Assembly (NCBI GenBank): GCA_963575745.1
Contig: CAUYUJ010000043.1
Coordinates: forward strand, 62,001-119,164
Reading direction: 5' to 3'
DNA length: 57,164 nt
From: Prorocentrum cordatum
Lineage: Eukaryota
Of the stretch, positions 24,882-36,404 are shown piece by piece. The number at the start of each line of letters is the position of its first letter. Position 1 is the stretch's first letter. The position numbers and the translations under genes were made by a program. The notes under the pieces were generated by a model. It had not been told where the DNA came from, did no database searches, and worked only from the letters and a program-made list of their open reading frames with translations.

Positions 24882-25399
24882 AGCAGCGACATATGTCCGC
24901 CTGCGCCTGCGAGAGCTCTCGCTGGGGAGTCGGAGATCAAGAGGCCCCGCCAGGCCTTGAGCCGCCCGCTGGCGCCGAGGATCGATCGGCGACTCAGGTC
25001 CCCGCCTCGTCTCTTCCGTCTGGTCATCCCTCGCGAGGGTCCCTGAGGTCTGGCCTGCCGATTCCAGATCCCCCTGGGGAGCCCGCGCCTGGGTCGAGCG
25101 TGCTGCAGTCCGCCACCGTCCAGGATCGGGTCAATGAGATCGAGAATCGGACCGGATAATCTCCACCCATCTGGCCGTCAGCCGACAGGGGGTGCTCTCC
25201 GTGTCGGGGGATGTCCGAGCAGACGTTCGATTTCCTGGTGTCGGCGATGCCCGGAGAGGGCGTTCAAGCGCGGCCGCTACGCGAGGGCCAACCTGGTGCT
25301 TTGCCGCGGGAGTCGGGGCAGAAGATTCATCCTCGTCGCATGCGGTCGGGCGCGGATCGGAAGTGATAAAAAAACAAGTCGGGTCTGGAGGATCGGAAA

Positions 25400-26140
25400 A
25401 AGTTCGACGCCGTGGATCCGAAGGAGTGGGGCTCGATTTTGAAGTCTTCAAGAGTGAGGGTGATCTCGCCCAAGCAGGCGGAGGCTGTGCGGAAGGAGTC
25501 TCCGGGGCGCAGTATCAGTTCCAGGATGGCGCGCATGGAAGCCGGCAGAGGGGGCGTTTCACGCCCCCACGGCCAAGAGCCGCTGGTGCGTGCGCGGTCG
25601 CCGAGACCCAGGCGCAGTTAGTCTAGAAGTCTAGTCTCCTACTCCTCAAACCTCCTCCATCATGCTCTTCCACCGAATTTCCGTGGTTTCGAAGCTGATG
25701 TCGAGCATGCGTTCTGCCAGAGCGACCGCGTGCGGCGTGCTGTCGGCGAAATATTGGCAGTGCCCTGCGACGTTCTCCCTCTGGGGCCGGGAAGTTTCAT
25801 CCAGCTTAGCGTCAATGTATACGGTCTTGACGGTGCTCCCCCAGCATGGCGAAGAACGGTGCTGAAGTATCTCGCCGAGAATGGTTTTGTTCGCGCCCTG
25901 CTGGAGCCCTGTTGGCATGAATTACTGCGCGCGTGGGCAGGGTTCCGTCGTGATTCTCTTAGAGGTGGATGATTTCTTCCCGGGGTCCAGAGAGGGGTGG
26001 GGCGTGAGTGGGCTCGGGGAACGTTAGAGAAGCGTTTTACGTTTGGGAAGTACCGTGATTGCCACCAAGGCTCCCTGGATTTCGCAGGTAGACGGTTAAC
26101 GGTACACGGGAACCGAGCTGTGGTGGATATGGGGATCTAT
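25400..26140 (+). pseudogene. Copia reverse transcriptase, N-terminal and core part
   Basis: VYGLDGAPPAW, LLEPCW, LEVDDF, LEKRFTFGKY and DFAGRRL. Confidence 0.8.
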
Positions 26141-26149
26141 CGGGGGTTT

Positions 26150-27480
26150 GGGGGTGAGATCGAAGTGGAACGGAGAGCCCCCCTACTGGGAAATCGATTT
26201 CGGTTTCGCGTTCGTGCCGTGCGTGCGGGCGAGGCGAAGCTGCGTGGGCGGAGGAGAGGAAATTCTCCTGTGGCTGGGCCGCAGCTGGACCAAAAGGATG
26301 TCCGCCCGGCAACCAGTGCCGCGCGTTGTCCTGCAGGTGTTCTGCTGGCGTCCCGCTGGTGCCCCGCCGGCGCCCCGTCGTGGCAAGGCCGCGGCCGGGC
26401 CGAAAAGTTCTCCGCCAGGCAACCGGTGGCGCGCGTTGTCCCGCCGGTGTCCCGCTGGTGTCCCGCTGGTGTGCCTGTTGAGATCGACAGTGAGATCGAT
26501 AGTGAGACCGATAGTGAGATCGATAGTGAGATCTATAGTGAGAGATCGATCGTGAGATCTATAGTGATATCGATAGTGAGATCGATAGTGGGATCGATCG
26601 TGAGATCGATCGTGAGATCGATCGAGTGGGATTGATAGCGAGATCGATCGTGGAATCGACCGTGAGATGAGTAATGAGATCGAGAGCGAGATCGATAGTG
26701 ATATCGATAGCGAGATCGACAGTGGGATCGATAGTGGGATGGATCAGAGGTTGGGGGTGTGATCGAAGTGGAACGGAGAGCCCCCCACCGGGTAATCGGT
26801 TCCGGTTTCGTGTTCGTGCGTGCCGTTCGTGCGGGCGAGGCGAAGTTGCGTGGGCGGGCGAGAGGAAATTCTCCTGTGGCTGAGGCGCGGCCGGACCAAA
26901 TGATTCTCCCTCCGGCAAGCGGTGGCGCGCGGTGTCCCGCCGGTGTCCCGCTTGTGGCTGGTCCCCGGCTGGACCAAACGATTCTCCCTCCGGCAAGCGG
27001 TGGCGCGCGGTGTCCCTCCGGTGCCCCGCCGGTGTTCCGGTGTCCCGCTGGTGCGAAAACGATACTGAGACCGATGGCGAAATCGAGTGTGATAACGATA
27101 GTGAGATCGATAGTGGGACCGATAGTGAGATCGATCGTGAGATCGATAGTGAGATCGACAGTGAGATGAATAGTGATATCGATTGTGAGATCGAGCGGCA
27201 TCGATAGGGAGATCGTTAGTGGGATCGATAGCGAGACCCAAAGTGAGATCGACAGTGAAATCGATCGAGTGAGATCGATAGTGGGATCGATCGAGTGAGA
27301 TCGATACTGGGATCGATGGTCCCATCGATCGTGTGACCGATGACGGCATCGCTCGTGATATCTACAGATATATCGATAGTGAGATCGATGGTGCGATCGA
27401 TCGTGGGACCGATAACGACATCGCTTGTGAGATCGATAGAGAGATCGATCGTGATATCGATTGAGTGGGATCGATTGGTT
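26150..27480. repeat. Duplicated unit of about 600 bp containing (GAGATCGATAGT)n and (GGTGTCCCGCC)n
   Basis: 26152-26280 matches 26754-26885. GATC-rich 12-mer arrays at 26478-26745 and 27080-27475. Confidence 0.85.
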
Positions 27481-27951
27481 CCCAGGGGGGGGGGGGGGGG
27501 ATGATGCCAGGGCGCCCTGGAGCGAAGGGCGACGTGAACAATTCGACACCAAGGCTCCCAAGAGCGAGCGGCAACGCAACGATCACCACTGTTTCCCATT
27601 GCTGCCCCCCCTCCCCCCCGACCCCCTTATCACCTGCAGGGTGGTCGTATAGGTGTATATATTTGCATTTTAGAAGAGGTGAAGCCCCTTAAGGTAGAAG
27701 TAGGAAGGCTGAGCAATTAGGGAAGTTTTTTTTTTTTTTTTGTTTCTCCTTCTCCTCTTTCTGGAGAGAGAGTGCCAAAAAAACCCAAGGGCGTTTTTGG
27801 CCCCCAGACCTATGCATTTATTTGCAAAGGCATAGAAAACGAAAAAGCAGGAGGAGAGACAACAAAAAAAGGGACGACGGAGAGGGAGAAAAGAGAGAAG
27901 TGGGAACGCCAAGAGAAGAGGGAGGAGGAGGAGGAGGAGGAGGAGGAGGAG

Positions 27952-27986
<35 letters not shown>

Positions 27987-28309
27987 GGAGGAGGACAGCA
28001 AGCAGGGAGCTCAGCAGCATAGCTCAAGCGCTACCAGAGGGCCCTCCTCCCTCCCCCTCTCCCTCCCCCTCCCCCCCTCTCTCCTCCTTCCCCCCCCCCT
28101 CTCTCCCTTCCTCTCCCCCCCTCCCTCCCCCTCCCCCCTCTCCCCCTCCACGGCGGCGACGACGGCGGCGAAGACGACGACTACGACGACGACAAGCCCT
28201 GGGCCCTCGGGGGATGGCGCCGCGGTCGTCCAGCACCCCTAGGTGGGGGTGGGGACGGCAGCCCCCGAGGGTCGCAGGGTTATTTTTTAGCGCGCCACTG
28301 GCGTCTTGG

Positions 28310-28682
28310 GCGCCCTGCTCTCTGATTCCGATTGTCGAAGGCCTTTCGCGTCTTCGGCCGCCGCTGGGAGAGGGAGATTGCCGGTGCGACAAGAGATTCC
28401 AGAGAATGCACCAAGTGCATTCTTCAGTCGGCGCTGGGGGCGAGACCGGTGCACCAAGCGTGCTCTGAAGATAATTGCGCTTCAATATATTTTTATACAT
28501 ATTGCATTATATGTATCATTATCATAATCATCATTTGCGCTCTTGGCCGCCCTGCTCTCTGATTCCGATTGTCGAAGGCCTTTTGCGTCTTCGGCCGCCG
28601 CTGGGAGAGGGAGATTGCCGGTGCGACGAGAGATCTCAGAGAATGCGCCAAGTGCATTCTGAAGGTAACTGCGCTTCAATTC
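28310..28682. repeat. Direct repeat pair of about 115-135 bp upstream of the helicase gene
   Basis: CCCTGCTCTCTGATTCCGATTGTCGAAGG...CCAAGTGCATTC at about 28313-28422 and 28550-28659. Confidence 0.85.
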
Positions 28683-28867
28683 ATCTATCATAATAGAGTA
28701 TGATATGTATTATTACCATAATCTTCAGTTATTGTATCATTATCCATTTTCGTTATATGTTATCATTATTACCATTTGCCTCCTCCTCTCCTTCTCCTCG
28801 CCTCAGAGGCTCAAGCTTAGGCAGCAGACGAGTTACGCTGACTGCTTGTTGGCAATAAGGTTAGCTG

Positions 28868-31054
28868 ATGGCTAACGTCATATGCGGCGGCATGAAGACG
28901 TTGGGCGTTGTATTGGACTCGCCAGGGAAGACAAATCAAATCCTGGCAGATACGGACAAGGAAGTTACCAACAAGAAGTTGCAGTTTGCTACGGAAAATC
29001 CGACTATCAAGTGGCAGGCGCCCGTTGTGACCGAAATTTCTGATTTGCCTGTTTACCCATACCCACATGGGAACATTAATCAGAAAAACAGGTGGGTGGT
29101 TGATTGCGTTTTAGATTGGGATGGGAAGTTCGACAATGATGCACAGAATATCATCAAGCAGCTTTCAAATGATTTCCATGGAAGTAGCGAGTGGAGTGAA
29201 GGGTGGGATGGCAGTTACAATGACCATGTGAAAGGATTGATAGCTCAGCAAATGCAAACGGGCAGCTACGACAAGTTACCGCAACCGTTCGGTCCTTCGA
29301 GTTCGTGGCAAGTAGCGTGCACCATGCAGTTGGCGATTGTGCCCGCTGACGATAAGTGGCACGTGATCAAACACATTATGTTCGAAGAACAACAAAAGTT
29401 GATCAAAGTGACGGAAGAATTCGCGTGCGGAACCACTTACTGCCGCAGCTGGTGGCCTCACAACCCTTGGAGCTCTAAAAAAATATTCCAGAAGATATTC
29501 GAAGGGCTTGGTGGTTTTCAGATTCGATACGGAAAATGGCAAGGAGATGATGATGTGCAGAAGGTGGTTGATTTCAACAAAATCTCAGCCGGTTATGCAT
29601 TTATGCGCAAGATGAGGCCGTCCTCGAACAATGAAGGACAGTTCGCAGAGTGGGTGGATGTGTGGACCAAAAAACCAGGAAGCCCGATATTGGATTGGCC
29701 TGAAGCAAAGTGCAGATCGTTTTTGGAACGTTGTGCGAGAGGCGCGACAACTGCCAAAACGATTGACTTCAATTTCACCACCTACAAGGATTTGAAACCG
29801 TGGTTCTTGGATTTGGTGCTGAAAGATAAGATTACCACACATAAAGAACACGGTATTCTATGGATTGGAATTTCGGAATGCGGCAAAAGCTTGTGTTCGA
29901 GGACGCACGCTTTCATGGTGTCCAACCATTGGATAGCAGCAGAAAAGAGAGACGACGAGCAACCTGCCATCGCGACTGCCAAATTCATTGATATGTTCAG
30001 AGGCGAGCGAAACACTGTATTCAAGCCGTGTATCTTTGATGATGGACAATTCTATCAACTTGGGGCCGATCTGGTGACAGCTTTTTTATACCCCGCAGAG
30101 GTAGATGCTCTTCTATGGGCCAGATGGGGGGGCTCTGGTTTCGACATGTATTCGTGCCGCCAAGCAGCGAGTCAGCAGTGCGACAGTAAATTGGCCAAGA
30201 AACTTGCGCGCAAAGATAAAATCTCCGACAAGGATTGGCAGAAGCTCATTATGCCATCAATCGATAAAGAAGCAGACGATGAGGATTGGGTAGCATTCAG
30301 GCGTCGTTTCCACACTATTGTCATTACTCGCGAGGGAATTTTGCACCGCAATGAGACAAATGAGTTAGTGGACGTCCCCTGCATTCACTGGTCGAACGGC
30401 GAAGATATGGATATTTTCAAACCAGAGGTGAAAGAAGTTATGCAGAAATGGAAAAATGGGCAACTAAAGGGGGCTCCACCAAATTATCACGACGATGTGA
30501 AGTGGTCTTTGGAATATTTGAGCAGAGCCATGAGAGGCGAGGCGATTCCCCATTCGAGGACAATCAGGCCTTCATCTGCACGGGGCGCCAGAGGGTTATT
30601 CAATGATTCATCAATGGCATCCCAGTCATACGACCGTCCTCTATTGACGGCTGCCGGGTTTAGCTCTTTGGATCGCAGCGTGAATGCAGCTCCGATTGCG
30701 TTTTGCGGTGCCCTCGAGGACATTCAAGAAAGGCAGCGCATTCTATCAATGAAAGCAGAACCTCTCCACGGAAGCGAGTTTGATCTGACTGCCGTCACGC
30801 CGGAGAGGAAGCGCAGCAGGGCAGAGGAACCTGAGATTCCTGGCACACCCAAGAAAGAAAAGACCACGGCCGAGGCAGAACTAGCCGACGACGAGGAGAA
30901 CATGGAGAGAGTGTGGGAGGAAACTGGCACAGAGGAACTGGCCCGCGCCGTTCATGAGTCTCGCGTCAACGCGGGAATGTCTGCTGGATCTCGCCCAAGC
31001 AACCACGGTTTAGAGGAGGAGGACGTGTTTGGTCATCAGCGTGAGGGCATGTGA
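28868..31054 (+). CDS. 728-aa protein with a superfamily-3 (Rep/NS1-like) helicase domain
   Basis: Intact, intronless ORF. Walker A ILWIGISECGKS (29867-29890), Walker B PCIFDD (about 30026-30043), motif B'-like ARWG, motif C-like RQAASQ and Arg finger AFRRRF (about 30293-30310). Spacing is typical of SF3. Confidence 0.75.
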   Translation: MANVICGGMKTLGVVLDSPGKTNQILADTDKEVTNKKLQFATENPTIKWQAPVVTEISDLPVYPYPHGNINQKNRWVVDCVLDWDGKFDNDAQNIIKQLSNDFHGSSEWSEGWDGSYNDHVKGLIAQQMQTGSYDKLPQPFGPSSSWQVACTMQLAIVPADDKWHVIKHIMFEEQQKLIKVTEEFACGTTYCRSWWPHNPWSSKKIFQKIFEGLGGFQIRYGKWQGDDDVQKVVDFNKISAGYAFMRKMRPSSNNEGQFAEWVDVWTKKPGSPILDWPEAKCRSFLERCARGATTAKTIDFNFTTYKDLKPWFLDLVLKDKITTHKEHGILWIGISECGKSLCSRTHAFMVSNHWIAAEKRDDEQPAIATAKFIDMFRGERNTVFKPCIFDDGQFYQLGADLVTAFLYPAEVDALLWARWGGSGFDMYSCRQAASQQCDSKLAKKLARKDKISDKDWQKLIMPSIDKEADDEDWVAFRRRFHTIVITREGILHRNETNELVDVPCIHWSNGEDMDIFKPEVKEVMQKWKNGQLKGAPPNYHDDVKWSLEYLSRAMRGEAIPHSRTIRPSSARGARGLFNDSSMASQSYDRPLLTAAGFSSLDRSVNAAPIAFCGALEDIQERQRILSMKAEPLHGSEFDLTAVTPERKRSRAEEPEIPGTPKKEKTTAEAELADDEENMERVWEETGTEELARAVHESRVNAGMSAGSRPSNHGLEEEDVFGHQREGM

Positions 31055-31514
31055 GAAATGCAATTTGCACTGAAAGCGATTCGCGCAACTCTGCGACGCG
31101 AGTTTCAAGTCAGCTGATTGCTGACAATGTTTGTGCGTTGCAATATAATTGTATATCTTTTGATAGTTGCGAGATTGACTGCTGGTCAACTATGTATATA
31201 AATGCTGCTGCTAGCAGCGAAACTAGTGCATAACGTTGGTATGTAAATGCCGCTGCTAGCGGCGAAACTCACTCGCGTGCTTGCAAACTGTCGCTGCTAG
31301 CGATGCAGGAGAGACTCGGCTTGATATTGCGTTTAGAAAAAAAGGATAATACTTGGCAGTTCTGCTGAATCGTGTTTACGATTTCCATATCGATCAATGT
31401 CATTCTTATTTGTTGTCGCCGCAGTAGCCATCGGCTCGAAACAAATTGGCTTATTGCCAACTCTACGCAAGTTTGTGTTTTCGCAAGCTCTATATAAGTC
31501 GGCTTCTCGCCGAC

Positions 31515-32793
31515 ATGCAATACTGTACCATTGCCAAATGTTTTCGCTGTTCTTCTGTGCTTCAAGAGAAAACGGGCGCAGGCCGAGATCACGAAGCCAC
31601 GGTTTGGAACGGATCTGCTTGGGAGCGCGTTAAGCATGGAACGAAAATATGTACGAACCAGAAGTGCCGGACAATTCATAAGCTCAATTACGCTCGGTGT
31701 TATAATATGAGATTAAATTTCTTGACAAAAGACAACGTCACGGATCAAACTATTCTGTTGTTGCACCCGGGCTTGGGTTTCAGATGGTGTTATTTACGTC
31801 AACTTTGGCATCGCACGTGTCGCTCTGCTCAAGCAGCCGGAGCGGAAGCAGCAGCTATTTTGCTTACGTATCCCGATTGGAAGCCACAGTACGAGGAAAA
31901 AGGGAAAACAGAAAAGAAAAAAAGGTAATCACATGGAGAATTTTCCCGGCCGTAAGATTCACGACGCCTTGTGTTGTTATCTCAGGATTCAAGAGGAAGG
32001 CGTTTGCGATTTCGACGTTACAGATCCCGTTCCAGAGAAAGACCCTGACTACGGCGTAAAGAACGAAGGGTTCTTTGAGATCTTCAATGCGGCCAAACAT
32101 GACATAGACTTCAAGCGAAGTGGTGAGATCAATAACCCTAAAGACGTCGTTGCAGATGGGAACGAGAAGGTGACGCGCATCGTAATGGAGGACGAGAAGA
32201 AGTTCAACAAGAAATACAAGCAGAAAGGCAGACCCGTTGTAAACAAAAAGGATCGACGATGCCAGCACGTCAAAAAGGTTGCCGTAATTAAAGAGAAAAG
32301 AACCAGAATTGGAGGTCGCTGGGTTACAATGGACATGAAGAAGAGAGGCCAGGAAGGGGCCTTAAATGCAATTCTCCACTTGGGAGAGATGATGAATTGT
32401 GAATGCTCAGAATATAAGAAGGAAGCGTTGCGACAGTTAAAGAAATCTAAGATTGCAGTTCGCGATTACGTTGGAGATTGCAATTGTATGTATCACGACT
32501 GGAAAGGAACCTTGTTTTCTGGTGGATGTTATCTCGATGGGTTCCATTGGAAAAGACACAAATGTGATGCGCCTCGTTTCCCGAAGAAGAAGTCGACTTG
32601 CAATTCTCAAGCTGCCGAGCAGTTCTGGTCAAAGTTGAACAAATTGCGGTTTCTATACACAATGCGAAGAGCTCATTACAGATTTCTCCTTAGGCAGTTC
32701 TGCGTGTGGCGCAACCGATTCTGTCGTTCTGATAAGCATAGGAAGGACTACACCCCGGCAGTCAGCAAGAAGCGGGCTCGCACGGGCAAGTGA
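31515..32793 (+). CDS. CxC5-like cysteine cluster plus KDZ (Kyakuja-Dileera-Zisupton) transposase, with one extra A in the A7 run at 31917-31923
   Basis: MQYCTIAKC...HGTKICTNQKCRTIHKLNY, VVADGNEK, YVGDCNC, LDGFHWKRHKC and CNSQAAEQFWSKL...M...YRFLL...RN. Removing one A fuses the two ORFs into 425 aa. Confidence 0.8.
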
Positions 32794-33211
32794 ATAACTG
32801 GGAAATATTTCCATTCATTAAGAGAGCTGCTTGCTCTCACAAGAAAGCTTTTCGCTTTCACGTTAGGCGCTGCAAGCGCAAGAAGACTGATCGTCTTCAT
32901 ACTGACAGAGGCGCAGCCTACAACAGTTTTACTGCTCAAGTTGCGTCTCAAAAAACATCATTCATCATAATCAATATCACCATTCAGGCACATTAATTAC
33001 CATCGCTACACAGATTATCACCATTATCAATACAGTTATCATTATCCATATCATCATTATCATCATTATCGATATCATCATTCATTCATAGTGCAACGCA
33101 ATATCATGATCATAACAATGTTGTTGCGTTGCCACAGCTGCAATTGTTCTTATATTGCCGCTATATCATCCGTACCTCTCGCGGCTCGAGATATCCTCTT
33201 TGAAAGCTCTC

Positions 33212-34600
33212 ATGGAGGAGTTGCGCCGCATCATCGGAACAGCGGGGCCGGCGCCAGATGCGATCAGTAGATCTTCAAGTTGGGATTCATTTGGAGACGC
33301 TCTATGGAAAGACTTGAAGGCAAAACACAATTTAACGGTTTCGAAACAAATGCGCGAATCCAAAAAGAAAGGAGGTGGAGTAATTGGGATTTGGAAAAGT
33401 TTGTTCCCAGAGGCTGCACTCGCTCTCGAATCTGGACCCTTTGCCAAGACAAATAATCAATATTCAAACGGTGGTTCTTCTTCAGCGCATCCTCAACCAA
33501 TTGTGTACGTCCCTGTGCATTATCCATATGCTGGCAATTATTATGGGTGTCAATACGCTGGGAACTTTTATAGCGGTTATCAGACAACGCATGAAACTGG
33601 TGGACAGAGAGCAACTATTAAAGAGAGTTCTTCATCGTCTTCTTCTTCAGAGGACGAGTGCGAGGCATTTGGAGAAATCAATGCAAAGTCGAAAGGTTCA
33701 CCTCCAACCGATCACGCCGATGAGTTGGGACCAACGCAAGGGGCGCAACCAAAAAGTTTGGCGCTCAGCAGCAAGAAACGTTGTTGGGCGGATAGTTCGC
33801 AAGATGGGGATTTGTTAAGCCCGCGCAGCGAGTGCCCAATGCCACCTCCTCCTCCGCAATCCGCCGCTGCCAGTGACATTCCGCATATCGAAAAGAAGAA
33901 ATACAGTGATATTTGGCTTATCGCGGGAGATGATGCGCTGCATCCCGGTTTCTTGCAAAGCATTGAAAAGGAATCGGCTGACAACGGTTGCGCGCTCGAT
34001 CGCATCAAGCTGCCGGCAAACATTGTTCTGCACACTGGTGTGGCGTTATCTCACGTGCTGTTCTGTTTGGATGCTGGCCTCTTCGGAGAACAAGTCAAGG
34101 GCGACGCAAACGTCCACTGCGTCATTTCAGAAGGCTGCTTAAAAACGTGGCCGAGATCATATCAGTCGTCATTCAAAAACAGATTGGATAACATTAACCA
34201 TTGTCTGAGGTCCTTTGGAGTGGATGGGAAGTCGACTCGTTGGATGGAGTCAGAGGCAAAGCAAGCGAACTTCTCGCGCGAATTCCTGCTGAGAGCTTCC
34301 TTGAAAACTTTCATGGTATTAGGAGACGGACCCGTTGGCACTATAGACGTACCTGTTTACAAGGAGAGACTTTGCTGGCTTAAGAAGCGCGTGCTCTCCG
34401 AGGACAATCTCATTGAGGAGATTGTTTACGCGAACAATTACACTCCTGACACGGCGCCGAACGGCGTGAGGCTATGGCGCAACCCAGGAAGCGAGACTAA
34501 GGATATGTTGCGTGAAATTTCAATCCGATCTGGGACTGGCGCCAATGTGCTCGTAGTTGTGCTTGACCCAGCGGGCAGAGCGCTTTGCCCTAAATGGTAG
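33212..34600 (+). CDS. Hypothetical protein of about 462 aa: helical N-terminus, disordered middle, alpha/beta C-terminal half
   Basis: Long open frame of complex composition in the low-GC cassette. The first in-frame ATG is at 33212. Confidence 0.7.
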   Translation: MEELRRIIGTAGPAPDAISRSSSWDSFGDALWKDLKAKHNLTVSKQMRESKKKGGGVIGIWKSLFPEAALALESGPFAKTNNQYSNGGSSSAHPQPIVYVPVHYPYAGNYYGCQYAGNFYSGYQTTHETGGQRATIKESSSSSSSSEDECEAFGEINAKSKGSPPTDHADELGPTQGAQPKSLALSSKKRCWADSSQDGDLLSPRSECPMPPPPPQSAAASDIPHIEKKKYSDIWLIAGDDALHPGFLQSIEKESADNGCALDRIKLPANIVLHTGVALSHVLFCLDAGLFGEQVKGDANVHCVISEGCLKTWPRSYQSSFKNRLDNINHCLRSFGVDGKSTRWMESEAKQANFSREFLLRASLKTFMVLGDGPVGTIDVPVYKERLCWLKKRVLSEDNLIEEIVYANNYTPDTAPNGVRLWRNPGSETKDMLREISIRSGTGANVLVVVLDPAGRALCPKW

Positions 34601-34862
34601 ATTTCTTGGCTTGTATACTGCGACGTGCAATTACCAGAAGTGGTTGTTAGCAGTTGAATCTCTGCTCTCACCTTCTCCTCGTTCTCGCCCCAAGCTGGCT
34701 GCTCGCTAGCATTCCTAATGTAGCTGCTAGCTACACCCAAGGTAGCTGCTAGCTACCGCGCGCTTGGATAGCCCGCAGAGGAGCATCGCGAGGAAAAATA
34801 CACACCTGCGCTTCGCGCTCCATTCCGCCGTCTCCGTGGTGCTCATAGGACCTGCGGTGTTC

Positions 34863-34873
34863 TTAGTAGTAAC

Positions 34874-34929
<56 letters not shown>

Positions 34930-34992
34930 GTAGTAGTAGTAGTAGACTGGTCGTAGTAGTAGTAGTAGTAGTATAAGTAGTAGTAAGTAGTC

Positions 34993-35038
<46 letters not shown>

Positions 35039-35092
35039 TAGTATTGGTAGTAGTAATAGTGGCAGTAGAGAGACAAGAGGGGTAGACAGAGA

Positions 35093-35140
<48 letters not shown>
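34863..35140. repeat. (TAG)n and (GA)n microsatellites
   Basis: Read directly from the sequence. Confidence 0.95.
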
Positions 35141-35145
<5 letters not shown>

Positions 35146-35208
35146 GCCGCAGCCACCGGGCTCAAATCTACAAGCCGAGAAGACTAACCAACTGCTGGTT
35201 GGTTACGT

Positions 35209-36129
35209 ATGAAAACATTAGGCGCAGCCTCTTCAATGGATTCAAGTGATGGCAACAAATGGAATTGTGGAACGCAAGCCAGAGATTTTGAGAGACTCAT
35301 ATTGACAGATTTGGAACAGCAGCCAAAACCAACCAGTAGCTTTGGACCAATAACAGTGAACGCAGTAGGGGAATTGGACCCAACGGTGCCATGGTTGGAA
35401 CGAGCACAGAAGTTGTATGATGTCACTAATCAGAATTTGAAAGTTTTGTGCGACGCAGGCGCGGCAGGGCCTTTCTATAATGTGTCTGGGTTCAGCTGCA
35501 AGCAGTTTTTACCTTTTGACGAATTCGCAAAGGCGTGGAATTACAGATGCGGTCTAGTATTTTGGGGAAGCCCCCATTGGGGAAGCGGAAATGATGAGAC
35601 TACACAGGAGTGGAAGGACTCGGCGCAGTTCAAAACAAACGCATGGGAAAGTATGGCATGGCTAGCGGAGTCAGCGTGCATAATGATGGCGTTTCATGCA
35701 TGCTACAAAGTGGAATTCTGGAATCCAAGCTATTCAAAAGCAGGCTCGGACGCAGACACGCGCGCAAAGCGACAGTTGGTGGTGGCACCAGCGTACTTTT
35801 GAAGCTACGCGCCCATAAAATCTGGCAACATATACAGTGAGATTAACTCGTACAGGAACATACCGGTGATGATCGCATTACTGGTGCCGGCTCGTTTCAA
35901 AGATCTGACTACCTACCACGACGGCATACAAATTGACGTGGGAATGACAATGTTCAAAATATATCAACATTTGCACTTGCAAGATGAACATGCAATAGAG
36001 CTTGGAGGTCAAACATTTGCATTATCAATGGAATTGCATTTGGCAAAGGAGGAACTGCTTGAAACGAAAAAAGCACAGCTGCGCATGGAAATGAATGATC
36101 CAGTTGCAATGAATGTGGACAGCTCATAA
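35209..36129 (+). pseudogene. Hypothetical protein of about 306 codons with one internal TGA (35800-35802)
   Basis: ORFs 35209-35802 and 35866-36129 are in the same frame with no other stop between them. Confidence 0.6.
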
Positions 36130-36404
36130 TCGTTAGCGCTTGATTTGCGCGTAGAATAACACTCGCAATATCTCCTCCATCTCCTCTCCGATCTCTTCCT
36201 ATGCTGGCTGCTCGCTAGCATTCCCAAGGTAGCTGCTAGCTACCACGTGCTTAGATTCCCAGCAGAGAAAACGCGTGTTCGCAGAAACAAAACAATGAAA
36301 ATAACATAACATTTCTTTTGATCGTGCAGATTTCCACGCTTTCCGCCCTCTTCCGCCGTCTCCGCGGTGCTCATAGGATCTGTTGTAGATGCAGGCATTG
36401 CGGT

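Noticed and set aside
28868..29800. HUH endonuclease (Rep, Helitron or Replitron type) at the helicase N-terminus
   Set aside because: No convincing HUH or YxxK motif set is visible. WHVIKH and GYAFMRK are only suggestive, so a profile search is needed.
32790..32996. Integrase or ISXO2-like fragment (LHTDRGAAY)
   Set aside because: A single short motif in a 68-aa ORF that ends in low-complexity sequence is not enough evidence.
31515..36129. TET/JBP dioxygenase cargo, as in fungal KDZ elements
   Set aside because: No HxD...H...R double-stranded beta-helix pattern was recognised in the cargo ORFs.
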